A DNA stretch of 62,486 nucleotides from Thermodesulfovibrionales bacterium (GTDB lineage Bacteria; Nitrospirota; Thermodesulfovibrionia; Thermodesulfovibrionales; SM23-35), in assembly GCA_030019415.1 (NCBI GenBank), contig JASEEX010000007.1:1-62486 (forward strand). The letters are read 5' to 3'. The notes below the pieces were generated by a model that worked only from the letters and a program-made list of their open reading frames with translations, searched no databases and was not told where the DNA came from. Shown in pieces: positions 27,759-37,571 of the stretch. The translations under genes and the position numbers were made by a program. Numbering within the stretch: the stretch's first letter is position 1; each line of letters starts with the position of its first letter.

Positions 27759-28397
27759 ATGTTTACTGGTATTATTGTAGAGATGGGGGAAGTAACTTCG
27801 ATAGAGAAGAAGGGTATTGTCCACCTTTCCCTGAATTCAAGAGAGATCATAAAAGATGCAAGGATAGGCGACAGCATCTCGGTCAATGGTGTATGTCTTA
27901 CAGCAGTTGATATAAAAGGTGGCACCATAAGATTCGACCTTTCTGATGAGACCCTGAGGTCTACAAACCTTGGTCAGCTGAGACCTGGCGACCGTGTTAA
28001 CCTTGAGCCTTCCCTTCGGCCTGACTCAAAGCTCGGCGGGCATTTTGTTTCAGGACATGTGGATGGTATAGGCAGAATAAGGTCAAGGACAGATATAGGG
28101 GATGCCTTCAAGATAGAGATAGAGGCGCCTCCGGAAATCATTGATTTTCTTGTTGAGAAAGGCTCAGTTGCTGTAGATGGAATAAGCCTCACCGTTGTTG
28201 ATGTACTAAAAGGCAGTTTTACTGTAGTGATTATCCCACATACAGCAAGGCTCACAACGATGGGATTCAAAGGCCCTGGCGATACTGTGAATATCGAGGT
28301 GGATGTTATAGGAAAGTATGTTGCAAGATTTCTCAGGATGGAAAAAAAAGACTCAGGTCTCATGAAAACCCTGATAGAAGAGGGATACATCAAGTGA
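27759..28397 (+). CDS. ribE: riboflavin synthase
   Basis: MFTGII start and duplicated SVNGVCLT / AVDGISLT lumazine-binding repeats. Confidence 0.9.
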   Translation: MFTGIIVEMGEVTSIEKKGIVHLSLNSREIIKDARIGDSISVNGVCLTAVDIKGGTIRFDLSDETLRSTNLGQLRPGDRVNLEPSLRPDSKLGGHFVSGHVDGIGRIRSRTDIGDAFKIEIEAPPEIIDFLVEKGSVAVDGISLTVVDVLKGSFTVVIIPHTARLTTMGFKGPGDTVNIEVDVIGKYVARFLRMEKKDSGLMKTLIEEGYIK

Positions 28398-28399
28398 TA

Positions 28400-28486
28400 G
28401 GATTCAAGGGGTCAAGGAGTCAAGGGGTCGAGTGGATGTATTAGTAAAAAACTTGGACCCTCGAATCCTTGAATCCTCGAACCCTT
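28400..28486. repeat. imperfect palindrome with TCAAGGRG-repeat arms between ribE and ribBA
   Basis: ggattcaaggggtcaaggagtcaaggggtcgag ... cttggaccctcgaatccttgaatcctcgaaccctt. ggattcaagg/ccttgaatcc pairs at 10 of 10. Confidence 0.65.
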
Positions 28487-28501
28487 ATAGGGGGATTAAA
28501 A

Positions 28502-29716
28502 ATGGAAAAGTATAGATTCAATACAATTGACGAAGCCATAGAGGATATAGCAAAGGGCAAAATGGTTATCCTTGTTGACGATGAGGATAGGGAAAACGAG
28601 GGTGACCTGTGTGTGGCAGCAGAGATGGTAACACCGGAGGCGATCAACTTCATGGCAAGGTACGGAAGGGGTCTCATCTGCCTTTCCCTTACCGTAGAGC
28701 GAGTAGAAGAACTAAAGCTCCCGATGATGACGGCTGACAACACATCACCTTTTGGCACTGCCTTTACAGTCTCGATAGAGGCCAAAAAAGGCGTCACAAC
28801 AGGCATCTCAGCAGCAGACAGGGCAACGACGATACGGACTGCTATCGACCCGAAAACAAGACCGGAAGACCTTACAAGACCGGGTCATGTATTCCCCCTG
28901 AAGGCAAGGCCAGGTGGTGTGCTTCAAAGGGCAGGACAGACAGAGGGCTCTGTTGATTTAGCAAGGCTTTCAGGGCTTTATCCAGCAGGTGTTATCTGTG
29001 AAATAATGAATGATGATGGGACAATGGCAAGGGTCCCCGAGCTTATGGAATTTGCAAAAAAACATAATCTCAAGATAGTCACAATAAAGGACCTTATCGG
29101 ATACAGGATGAGGACAGAGTTATTTGTAAAAAGGTTCGTAACGGTAAAACTGCCAACGGAATATGGCGGCGAGTTTAATGCTATAGCTTATACCAATGAT
29201 ATTGACGACAATATTCATGTTGCCCTGGTTAAAGGTGAAATCAAACCAGAAGATGAGGTCCTCGTCAGGGTCCATTCTCAGTGCCTTACGGGAGAGGTCT
29301 TCGGTTCAAAGAGATGCGACTGTGGAGAACAGCTACACAGGGCAATGGAGATGGTTAAGAGAGAAGGCAAAGGGGTTATCCTCTATATAAGGCAGGAAGG
29401 CAGAGGCATTGGTTTGATAAACAAGCTGAAGGCATATGAGCTGCAGGATAAGGGTCTTGACACTGTTGAGGCTAATATCAAGCTCGGTTTCAGGCCTGAC
29501 CTCAGAGACTATGGCATTGGTGCGCAGATACTTGTTGACCTCGGTGTGAGGAAGATGAGACTTATGACAAACAATCCGAGGAAGATCATCGGACTCGAGG
29601 GGTATGGCCTTAAGGTGGTTGAAAGGGTCCCTATAGAGGTAAGGCCACATGAAAAAAATATTATCTACCTCAAAACAAAGAAGAAGAAGTTAGGGCATAT
29701 GCTTGATAATGTGTAA
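28502..29716 (+). CDS. ribBA: bifunctional 3,4-dihydroxy-2-butanone-4-phosphate synthase / GTP cyclohydrolase II
   Basis: [10 protein letters not shown] (DHBP synthase) and CDCG...GRGIGL (GCH II) motifs. The ATG at 28502 has an AGGGGG RBS. Confidence 0.9.
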   Translation: MEKYRFNTIDEAIEDIAKGKMVILVDDEDRENEGDLCVAAEMVTPEAINFMARYGRGLICLSLTVERVEELKLPMMTADNTSPFGTAFTVSIEAKKGVTTGISAADRATTIRTAIDPKTRPEDLTRPGHVFPLKARPGGVLQRAGQTEGSVDLARLSGLYPAGVICEIMNDDGTMARVPELMEFAKKHNLKIVTIKDLIGYRMRTELFVKRFVTVKLPTEYGGEFNAIAYTNDIDDNIHVALVKGEIKPEDEVLVRVHSQCLTGEVFGSKRCDCGEQLHRAMEMVKREGKGVILYIRQEGRGIGLINKLKAYELQDKGLDTVEANIKLGFRPDLRDYGIGAQILVDLGVRKMRLMTNNPRKIIGLEGYGLKVVERVPIEVRPHEKNIIYLKTKKKKLGHMLDNV

Positions 29717-29727
29717 GGGAGGTTTCT

Positions 29728-30189
29728 ATGAAGATCATTGAAGGTGAGCTTCAGGCCAAGGGGCTAAGATTTGGTATAGTTGTCAGCAGGTTTAATGATT
29801 TTATTACAAGCAGGTTGCTCGATGGTGCCCTTGATGCCCTGTTAAGGCACGGGGCAAAGGAAGAGGATATAGATATTATCAGGGTTCCGGGCTCTTTTGA
29901 GATCCCTATGTTAGTCAGAAAATTGGCATTGAAAGGGACATATAATGCAATCCTATGTCTCGGTACAATTATACGGGGTTCAACCCCACATTTCGAATAT
30001 GTTGCTGCAGAGGTGTCAAAAGGCATTGCATCAGCCTCGATAGAGACGGGTGTGCCTGTAGCCTTTGGAATCATAACTTCTGATACCATAGAGCAGGCTG
30101 TTGAAAGGGCTGGCACAAAGAGTGGTAATAAGGGATGGGATGCAGCAATGGTAGCTATTGAAATGGCACAACTCCTCAAAAAACTGTGA
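29728..30189 (+). CDS. ribH: 6,7-dimethyl-8-ribityllumazine synthase
   Basis: [17 protein letters not shown] and G(T)[12 protein letters not shown] motifs. Confidence 0.9.
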   Translation: MKIIEGELQAKGLRFGIVVSRFNDFITSRLLDGALDALLRHGAKEEDIDIIRVPGSFEIPMLVRKLALKGTYNAILCLGTIIRGSTPHFEYVAAEVSKGIASASIETGVPVAFGIITSDTIEQAVERAGTKSGNKGWDAAMVAIEMAQLLKKL

Positions 30190-30275
30190 ACAGTGAATAG
30201 TGAACAGTGATTAATAAAGGCTATAAAACGGGTCTTTTTTCACTTTTCACTTTTCACTTTTCACTTTTCACTTTC
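30186..30275. repeat. heptamer-arm palindrome: GTGAAYA repeats facing (CACTTTT)x5
   Basis: gtgaacagtgaatagtgaacagtga at 30186-30210. Five tandem cactttt units at 30241-30275 end 2 nt before the nusB ATG. Confidence 0.7.
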
Positions 30276-30277
30276 AA

Positions 30278-30706
30278 ATGAAGCGTCGCAGGGCAAGAGA
30301 GTATGCACTACAGATACTATTCCAGATAGATTTTAAAGGGAAAGAGATTGATAGCAAAGACCTCGAAGCTTTCTGGTCTGACAAGGAAGAGAGCGAGGAC
30401 GTTAAGAGGTTCACAGAGGACCTTGTCAGGGGGACCATAAAAAGGCTGAATGAGATAGACTCGATGATTGAAAGGGTAGCAGAAAACTGGATACTAAAGA
30501 GGATGGCTGCAGTAGACAGGAATATACTGAGATTTGCTACATATGAAATACTCTACAGGAAAGATATTCCGTCTGCCGTTACGATAAATGAGGCAATAGA
30601 GATAGCAAAAAAATTCTCTTCTTCAGAGGCAGCTCCCTTCATCAATGGTATTCTTGACAGGCTTGCGAAAGAGGTTGGTAAGTCCGCCTCAGGCGGAGAA
30701 GCCTGA
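30278..30706 (+). CDS. nusB: transcription antitermination factor NusB
   Basis: RRRAREYALQILFQ start and INEAIEIAKKF...FINGILD motifs. Classic ribH-nusB linkage. Confidence 0.9.
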   Translation: MKRRRAREYALQILFQIDFKGKEIDSKDLEAFWSDKEESEDVKRFTEDLVRGTIKRLNEIDSMIERVAENWILKRMAAVDRNILRFATYEILYRKDIPSAVTINEAIEIAKKFSSSEAAPFINGILDRLAKEVGKSASGGEA

Positions 30707-31425
30707 TGCCCTATGCCGTGCTTTCTGATGTCCACTCAAATCTCGAGGCCCTCGAGACCGTTCTAAAAGATATGGATCAAAGGAAGATAGAGGATGTATT
30801 ATTTCTTGGAGATGCAGTAGGATACGGCCCTAACCCGAATGAATGCATTGAGCTTCTCACAAACAGATGTGAGATCATGCTTGCCGGCAACCACGATTGG
30901 GGGGTACTCGGACTAACAGATATCGCATACTTCAATGTATATGCAAGGGCAGCGATAGAGTGGACAAAGCGTGTGCTCACAGAAAAGAATCGCAAAACCC
31001 TTAGATCCTTCCCTGTTAAAAAAGAAATGGGAGATATACTTCTTGTGCATTCGACCCCGAAGGAGCCGGAGGAGTGGCATTATCTACTCACACTCTGGGA
31101 TGCAGAGATAAATTTCCATTATTTCGACAACAAATTCTGTTTCCTCGGGCATAGCCATCAGCCGTTTATTATAGAGAGGCTCCCGTCAGGAGAGCTTGTC
31201 ACATATAAGGAGGCAGCTTCTATAGGAAAAACGGAGAGATACATAATAAACGCTGGAAGTGTCGGTCAGCCCAGGGATGGGAACCCGGAGGCATGCTATG
31301 CGGCTGTTGATGATGAAAAGATGGAGATAGTAAGGGTTCCCTATGATGTAGGGTCAGTACAGAAGATGATGATAAAAGAGGGCCTACCTTCATTACTTAT
31401 AGAAAGACTTTCAAGCGGAAGATAA
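30706..31425 (+). CDS. metallophosphoesterase
   Basis: SDVHSN, GDAVGYGP, GNHD and GHSH metal-binding motifs. Confidence 0.75.
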   Translation: MPYAVLSDVHSNLEALETVLKDMDQRKIEDVLFLGDAVGYGPNPNECIELLTNRCEIMLAGNHDWGVLGLTDIAYFNVYARAAIEWTKRVLTEKNRKTLRSFPVKKEMGDILLVHSTPKEPEEWHYLLTLWDAEINFHYFDNKFCFLGHSHQPFIIERLPSGELVTYKEAASIGKTERYIINAGSVGQPRDGNPEACYAAVDDEKMEIVRVPYDVGSVQKMMIKEGLPSLLIERLSSGR

Positions 31426-31464
31426 ACCACGAGCAAGATAGATCAAAAAGGAGGAAAACAAACT

Positions 31465-32148
31465 ATGCAGGGTGCAATAATGAAAGGATCAAAAACAATA
31501 TTGTTAACTTTTATCTTTTTAGGGGTGATAGGAAGTTTTAGTGATGCCTATGCAATACAATTAGGAACAGCGGAATTAGAAATAGAGCCTTATCTAAGAG
31601 GAGGAACAATTGCATGGGACCAGCTTGGTGGTATAGGGGGTCATAAATCTTTAATTGCAGGTGGTTTAAATACTAATGTCAAATTTAATTCTTTTGGTTC
31701 AGGAATCAGTCTTGAAAAATGGTGGGTGGCTGAGGGATTAGACGATGATAAAGGAATTATACCCAGGGAAGGCTACAGTATTTATGGAGATATTAAATAT
31801 TACTTTAAGACTAATGGTATTTTGTTTTATCCCTATGCCGGTGTTGGTTTCGAAGAGTGGGAAAAAGGAGAAACATGGCAAACCTAGAAATCTCTGAAAT
31901 TTTATAATTTTGCAGTTGGGATGGGGATAGAAAATGAAAAAGGTTATATAAAAGCCGGGATAACAAGACCTTTTTCTGCAAGAACCCAGAATGATCTCAA
32001 GCCGAAATTTAGGTATGGTTTCTCTGCAGAAGGCGGAATAAAATTGAAAGCCTTTCTTATAGGTTTATTTTACAGATATTCGGGATTTGAAGACCCGGAT
32101 TCCAAAATGACCCAGAGCGGGTTATTTATAGGGTACAGATTTAAATAG
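31465..32148 (+). pseudogene. small outer-membrane beta-barrel protein gene interrupted by one in-frame TAG (31885-31887)
   Basis: ORFs 31465-31887 and 31921-32148 share a frame with no other stop between them. The joined product has a signal peptide, alternating beta-strand pattern and a C-terminal ...FIGYRFK. Confidence 0.5.
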
Positions 32149-32207
32149 GAGATGGAGTTATTTCTTGGAAGCTCCGCGATAAGGCCTTAAAGATATGATA
32201 TAGTATA

Positions 32208-32327
32208 GTTGTGAACTAAAAGATGTAGATAGTGAGGGTACCCAATGATGTTGAGAGTGTACAGAAGAAGATGAGAAAAGAGGGTTTGCCATCCTTACTG
32301 ATAGAGAGGCTTGCGATAGGTGGATAA
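32208..32327 (+). pseudogene. decayed duplicate of the 3' end of the metallophosphoesterase gene
   Basis: Translates as ..K M * I V R VPNDVESVQKKMRKEGLPSLLIERLAIGG*, against EKMEIVRVPYDVGSVQKMMIKEGLPSLLIERLSSGR* at 31306-31425. It has in-frame stops. Confidence 0.75.
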
Positions 32328-32374
32328 CCAATCAGTAATAATAACATTTGCTTCCTGCTATTTTGGGATAAATT

Positions 32375-33790
32375 ATGAAAAAGGTGCTTTATTTTGTTTG
32401 CCTTTTTGTAATTGATCTTTCCACCATTGCCCTCAGTCTTGAATTTGCAATACTCATAAGAAGAGAGATTCTTCCTTCTTTCATTAGATTTCCTGAATTC
32501 CTAGGAGGATATATATTAACCTACTGGTGGGTCTTCCCTATCTGGATCTCCTTCTTTGTATATGAAGGTCTCTTTACAAAGAGGTTTTCCTTCTGGGACG
32601 AGATAAAACAGTTATGGAAGGCGATTTTCTTTTCGACAATAGCCGTTTTCAGCATACTGTTTCTCGGAAAGATGGGAGAAAAATATTCAAGGACGGTAAT
32701 AATCTTAATGAGTCTTATCTCCTTCTTTGTCTTTCCGGCCTTAAGAATAAATGCAAAGAAGCTCCTCATGAACATGGGATTATTGAGAAGTAAGGTACTC
32801 ATTCTCGGTGCCGGAAAGACAGGCCAACTCGTAGCGAAGGCCTTGAAAGAAGAGCAGAACCTTGGTTATAAAGTTGCAGGATTTCTTGATGACGACCCTG
32901 AAAAGGCTGGAAAATTGATAGATGGTATCAAGGTTCATAGAGGTATAGATAGGGCAGAGAGATATATAGGCAGAAGCGGCATAAGCGCTATTATTATCGC
33001 AATGCCTGGAGCAGGTAAAGAAAGACTAAACGAGCTTATAAACAGGCTTCAGCATAAGGCTGAAAACATCCTGTTTGTACCGGATATTTTGGGTATTGCT
33101 GTCCTCGGGACAAAACTCCAGCACTTTTTCCGGGAACAGGCATTTGCCCTTGAGATTCAGAACAATCTTGCAAAACCATTAAATATATTCATAAAACGGT
33201 GTTTCGATTTTATCGTGGGTAGCCTTTTTATACTTTTCTTATTCTTTCCCGTTATAATTATATCCCTCCTTATAAAGTTTGATTCACCAGGCCCTGCTAT
33301 TTTTTCCCAGCTAAGAATAGGCAGAAAAGGAAAGCTTTTTAGATGTTATAAATTCAGAACAATGTATAAAGGTGCAGAAGAAAAATTGCAGGATCTTCTT
33401 GGTAACAATGAACATATACGCAGAGAATGGGAACAATCCTGGAAAATAAAAGACGACCCGAGAATCACAAAAGTCGGAAAGTTTCTTAGAAAAACATCCC
33501 TTGATGAACTGCCACAACTGATAAATGTTCTTCGGGGTAAGATGAGCATTGTAGGACCAAGGCCATATCTTCCAGATGAGGTAAACGCAGTTGGAGAAAA
33601 AATGCACATCTGTTTCAGCGTTACCCCCGGCATTACCGGCCTCTGGCAGGTTTCAGGTAGGAGCAATACCAGTTATGATTACAGAGTAGCTCTTGACTCA
33701 TGGTATGTGAGAAACTGGAATTTGTGGCTCGATGTTGTTATTCTATTTAAAACCGTAAAGACGGTACTGAAAAGGGAGGGAGCTTGCTAA
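32375..33790 (+). CDS. polyprenyl-phosphate glycosylphosphotransferase (WbaP-like initiating sugar transferase)
   Basis: N-terminal TM block, a Rossmann-like middle (ILGAGKTG) and a C-terminal bacterial sugar transferase domain (PGPAIFSQ.R.G..G..F...KFRTM, DELPQL.NVLRG.MS.VGPRP). Confidence 0.85.
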   Translation: MKKVLYFVCLFVIDLSTIALSLEFAILIRREILPSFIRFPEFLGGYILTYWWVFPIWISFFVYEGLFTKRFSFWDEIKQLWKAIFFSTIAVFSILFLGKMGEKYSRTVIILMSLISFFVFPALRINAKKLLMNMGLLRSKVLILGAGKTGQLVAKALKEEQNLGYKVAGFLDDDPEKAGKLIDGIKVHRGIDRAERYIGRSGISAIIIAMPGAGKERLNELINRLQHKAENILFVPDILGIAVLGTKLQHFFREQAFALEIQNNLAKPLNIFIKRCFDFIVGSLFILFLFFPVIIISLLIKFDSPGPAIFSQLRIGRKGKLFRCYKFRTMYKGAEEKLQDLLGNNEHIRREWEQSWKIKDDPRITKVGKFLRKTSLDELPQLINVLRGKMSIVGPRPYLPDEVNAVGEKMHICFSVTPGITGLWQVSGRSNTSYDYRVALDSWYVRNWNLWLDVVILFKTVKTVLKREGAC

Positions 33791-33796
33791 CAATTT

Positions 33797-34564
33797 ATGA
33801 ACTTAAAGATTCAGCATTACATTGATTTAATAACTGTTTTGACACAGAAGGAAATAAAAGTCAGATACAAGAATAGCTTCCTGGGCTATCTCTGGTCAAT
33901 AGGTCATCCTCTTGCCTTTGCCATGGTTTTTTTCATAGCCTTCAAGGTGGTTATGAGAATACAGATAGAGGATTATGCCCTCTTTCTTATCGCTGGGCTA
34001 TTCCCGTGGCAGTGGTTTAGCAATTCAGTGAATGCTGCTTCAATGGTCTTTCTTGGGAATGCATCAATAATAAAAAAGGTGAATTTTCCAAGAAATTTGA
34101 TTCCCTTTACACAGGTTCTTCAGGACATGATTCACTTTATCTTAGCTATCCCCGTTATAGTGCTTTTCCTTTTTATTTATCATAAATCACCCTCGCTTTC
34201 CTGGGTTTATGGCATCCCAGCATTGTTAGCCATACAGTTCCTGATGACTTATGGTTTCTGCCTTACTGTCTCATCAACAAATCTATTCTTTAGAGACCTT
34301 GAAAGATTGGCGGTTATATTTACGACACTCATGTTTTACTTTACCCCTATCATTTATCCTGAAAGCATGATACCAGAGAGATATAAATATTTAGTAAACA
34401 TTAATCCCCTTACCCCCTTGATGGTGAGCTGGAGAAACCTCTTCCTAAATGGCATATTAGACCCGTTATCTTTGATAATCAGTCTTACATATAGTATTTT
34501 TGCTTTTATGATAGGTTATCTGATATACAGAAGACTCTCTTGGAAGTTTGCAGAAGTCCTATGA
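33797..34564 (+). CDS. wzm: ABC-2 type polysaccharide export permease
   Basis: EIKVRYKNSFLGYLWS signature and 6 TM segments. Confidence 0.8.
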   Translation: MNLKIQHYIDLITVLTQKEIKVRYKNSFLGYLWSIGHPLAFAMVFFIAFKVVMRIQIEDYALFLIAGLFPWQWFSNSVNAASMVFLGNASIIKKVNFPRNLIPFTQVLQDMIHFILAIPVIVLFLFIYHKSPSLSWVYGIPALLAIQFLMTYGFCLTVSSTNLFFRDLERLAVIFTTLMFYFTPIIYPESMIPERYKYLVNINPLTPLMVSWRNLFLNGILDPLSLIISLTYSIFAFMIGYLIYRRLSWKFAEVL

Positions 34565-35304
34565 AAGAGCCTGTAATTATATTTAACGATGTAAGCAAAA
34601 GCTATCCTCTGTATCACCATCTCACAGGGGGGATTAAAAACTTTCTCTTCCACCTTCCAAGAGGGATAAACTCTTTAAAGAATTCAAGATTTGAAGCTCT
34701 CCGTGATATATCTTTTGAGGTCTGCAGAGGAGAAACCTTTGGCATAATAGGCAGAAATGGTGCTGGCAAGAGCACCACATTAGGACTTATTGCAGGTGTT
34801 TTAAAGCCAAGCAAAGGCAGAGTGATAGTAAAAGGCAGGATTTCACCTCTTCTTGAGCTTGGGGCAGGGTTTCATCACGAGCTTACAGGAAAGGAGAATA
34901 TCATGCTCAATGGTGTCCTTATGGGACTTACGAGGGCGGAGGTCTCAAGGAAAATGAATGAGATCATCGAGTTTTCCGAGCTTCGTGACTTTGTAGACCA
35001 GCCCATCAGGACGTATTCAAGTGGCATGCTTGCAAGGCTCGGATTTTCCATTGTGGCACACCTCGAACCCGAGATTTTGCTGATTGATGAGATTCTGGCT
35101 GTAGGAGATATGGGATTTCAAAAGAAGTGCATTGATAAGATGATGGGTTTTAAGAAGAGTGGCGTTACAATGGTTTTTGTATCGCACTCTATGGAGGATA
35201 TAGGAAGGATATGCGACAGAGTGATGTGGATAGAGAATCACACTGCCAGGATGCTGGGAGAGCCCAAGGCTGTTATTGCAGGTTATACGGGAAATAGTCA
35301 ATGA
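34561..35304 (+). CDS. wzt: polysaccharide export ABC transporter ATP-binding protein (no C-terminal carbohydrate-binding extension)
   Basis: Walker A GRNGAGKST, signature YSSGMLARL, Walker B LLIDE. ATGA overlap with wzm. Confidence 0.85.
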   Translation: MKEPVIIFNDVSKSYPLYHHLTGGIKNFLFHLPRGINSLKNSRFEALRDISFEVCRGETFGIIGRNGAGKSTTLGLIAGVLKPSKGRVIVKGRISPLLELGAGFHHELTGKENIMLNGVLMGLTRAEVSRKMNEIIEFSELRDFVDQPIRTYSSGMLARLGFSIVAHLEPEILLIDEILAVGDMGFQKKCIDKMMGFKKSGVTMVFVSHSMEDIGRICDRVMWIENHTARMLGEPKAVIAGYTGNSQ

Positions 35305-35415
35305 CAAATGAGGATGAGTGATTTGATATGATTCCTAAGGGAAGGATAAATAAAAACAGAAGAGATAAAATTTTTCGGATCATGCCATTATGAAAATAAA
35401 AAGAAGGACTGAGAA

Positions 35416-36297
35416 TTGACGGATATAAAGGAAAATATTATTGGAAAATTGAAAGCTTTACCCATTAAGGTGAAGGCTGCTGCTATTTATGGCTCTTGGG
35501 CAAAGGGTGCACAGAAGAAAGACTCAGACCTTGATATATTGTTGATTTCAGATGAGATTAATCCAAGAAGGCATAAAAGGGGTAGAAAAATTGCTGCCAT
35601 CAAAGAATGGCTTTTATTGGACTTTCCATTGGATATTTTGTTACTGACAACAAAAGAGTGTCTCTCAAATTTCAAAAATCATAATCCCCTCTTTCTGGAT
35701 ATTGCATGGGAGGGTATCATTCTGTTGGATGAGGATGATTTCTTGAAATCTTTGATTGAAGAAACGAGGGTGTACATATCCGAGAGAGGGATCAAGAAAC
35801 TTGACGATGGTTGGAAATTTCCCGTACTTGATAGAAAGGCAGTGTTACTTTCTAAGGTGAGTAATGAGGACTTCGCAATAGCAATGCTTATAGATGGAGA
35901 AAGGGATTTTAAGATTGGCACGAGCATTATGAATAATGGTTATTATGACAAAGCGGTATATCATTTTCAGCAGTCTGTAGAGAAAGCGGTAAAGGCTGTC
36001 TTGATATGTTTCGGGATATTCAAAAAGACTCATTTTGTTGGAGAGATACTGAATAAAGAACTTGGGGAAAGAAAACTCAATAAAGACTGGAGGGAAAAAC
36101 TCATGCAGATCGCAAGGGTGAGTTCTGAAGTAGAGCCAGAGGTAACCTGGAGCCGTTACCCAGGAATGGACGAAGGTACTTTATGGATTCCATATAAAGA
36201 ATATACTGTTGATGATGCAAACGAGGTTAAAGAGAAATGCGGGAAAGCAATCAGGGCAGCAAGGGAATTTATTGAATGGTGGTTCGGAGATAAGTAG
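35416..36297 (+). CDS. fused nucleotidyltransferase (MNT-like) plus HEPN domain protein
   Basis: N-terminal GSWAKG...DSDLDILL NTase motif. C-terminal HEPN-like helices (YYDKAVYHFQQSVEKAVKAVL ... SRYPG). TTG start with an AAGGA RBS. Confidence 0.7.
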   Translation: MTDIKENIIGKLKALPIKVKAAAIYGSWAKGAQKKDSDLDILLISDEINPRRHKRGRKIAAIKEWLLLDFPLDILLLTTKECLSNFKNHNPLFLDIAWEGIILLDEDDFLKSLIEETRVYISERGIKKLDDGWKFPVLDRKAVLLSKVSNEDFAIAMLIDGERDFKIGTSIMNNGYYDKAVYHFQQSVEKAVKAVLICFGIFKKTHFVGEILNKELGERKLNKDWREKLMQIARVSSEVEPEVTWSRYPGMDEGTLWIPYKEYTVDDANEVKEKCGKAIRAAREFIEWWFGDK

Positions 36298-36310
36298 ATG
36301 GTTGAGGATA

Positions 36311-36554
36311 GCACATTTGGCCTTGAAATCTTATTAATGACGAGATTCTGGCTGAAAGATATAGAGTTTCAGAAAAGTGCATTGATAAAATGATGGGATT
36401 TAAGAAAAGTGGGGTTACAATGGTTTTTGTATCGCACTCTATGGTTGATGTGGAGGGGATATGCGACAGGGTGATGTGGATAGAGTCGCATACCATAAAA
36501 ATGATAGGAGAGCCCAAGGTTGTTGTAGCGGGTTATAATAAAATTATAATATAA
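36311..36554 (+). pseudogene. wzt 3'-end remnant, copy 2
   Basis: Translates LINDEILAERYRVSEKCIDKMMGFKKSGVTMVFVSHSMVDVEGICDRVMWIESHTIKMIGEPKVVVAGYNKIII*, colinear with the Wzt C-terminus. I counted 4 mismatches in a 70-nt core against 35125-35194. Confidence 0.85.
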
Positions 36555-36746
36555 CATAGGGACAACGTTATTTTTCTTGACCCTATTGACTGGATGAAAA
36601 TGAACGAGAAGATTATGCTAAATTTCTCTAAAAATATGGGGGGCGTGTCCCTTTATTAATTATTCTGAGCTGTGAAACGACAGATTAAGTTAAATATATA
36701 GTGGGACTGCAGCCTTTAGCTTAAGAATAACAATAAGGAGGAGAAT

Positions 36747-37085
36747 ATGCCTTTTGATACCTCTTTATGGGAAAAGATTATCGAGAGGAAATATACTGAG
36801 AGGGAAAAGATAAGGATAGAGACCCTTGATACTTTGATCATGAAACTCAGGGATTATTTCACCCACAAAAAGGTGAAAGGGGTTTATATAATAGGCTCAG
36901 TTTTAAAAGAAGGGGCGTTTTATGATTTTTCAGATATAGATATTGCTGTAGATGGTTTTTCAGATGATTATTTCAGGGTTTCAGCAGAGCTTGAGGATCT
37001 TGTTAGTAGAGAAATAGAGTTGATTGAGCTTGAGAAATGTAAATTTAAAGAGAGTATTGAAAAATACGGCTTGAGGGTGTTATGA
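36747..37085 (+). CDS. MNT-type nucleotidyltransferase (antitoxin-like)
   Basis: GSVLKEG...FSDIDIAV NTase motif, 112 aa. It overlaps the next ORF (ATGA). Confidence 0.75.
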   Translation: MPFDTSLWEKIIERKYTEREKIRIETLDTLIMKLRDYFTHKKVKGVYIIGSVLKEGAFYDFSDIDIAVDGFSDDYFRVSAELEDLVSREIELIELEKCKFKESIEKYGLRVL

Positions 37086-37549
37086 AGATAGAAGCTATTG
37101 CATTGTTAATGGGCTATTTAGCAGATCAGAAAGAGGAGATAGGTAAACTCTTTGGAGAGATAAAAAACACCGAGCCTGCAGGCAATGTGAAAACAGTTTA
37201 CCTGGGCTATTTCCTGCATAACCTTTATTGTGCCTTTGAAGACTTATTTAAAGAGGTAGCAAGGACCTTTGAAAATCAGATAAATGACTCCTCCATATAC
37301 CACAGAGAACTTCTAAAGAGAATGACTCTTGAAGTTCCAGGAATAAGACCGCCATTTTTATCGAAAGAGAGTTATAAAATCCTTGATGAATTGAGAAGAT
37401 TTAGACACACCTTTAGACATGCTTACACATATGAACTTGACTCAACAAAGGTCAACGATCTAAAGCAGAAAACCCTCTTGGTCTGGGACAATATAGAATC
37501 AGATATAAGAAACTTTGAGCAGTTTTTAAAAGACAAAATGAAGGAGTAA
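37082..37549 (+). CDS. HEPN/HepT-like protein (toxin-like partner)
   Basis: LRRFRHTFRHAY contains RxxxxH-type motifs. It is all-helical, 155 aa, and translationally coupled to the MNT gene. Confidence 0.55.
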   Translation: MKIEAIALLMGYLADQKEEIGKLFGEIKNTEPAGNVKTVYLGYFLHNLYCAFEDLFKEVARTFENQINDSSIYHRELLKRMTLEVPGIRPPFLSKESYKILDELRRFRHTFRHAYTYELDSTKVNDLKQKTLLVWDNIESDIRNFEQFLKDKMKE

Positions 37550-37571
37550 TGTGTAGTTTTTGCGGTTATGT

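Noticed and set aside
27600-28501. FMN (RFN) riboswitch in front of the riboflavin genes.
   Set aside because: ribE follows the upstream ORF with 1 nt between them. The ribE/ribBA gap is a repeat-arm palindrome without the conserved RFN core sequences I know.
31885-31887. The in-frame TAG in the OMP gene as pyrrolysine.
   Set aside because: No pyl genes or PYLIS-like context are seen, and a secreted bacterial OMP is an implausible Pyl protein. Nonsense mutation or sequencing error is simpler.
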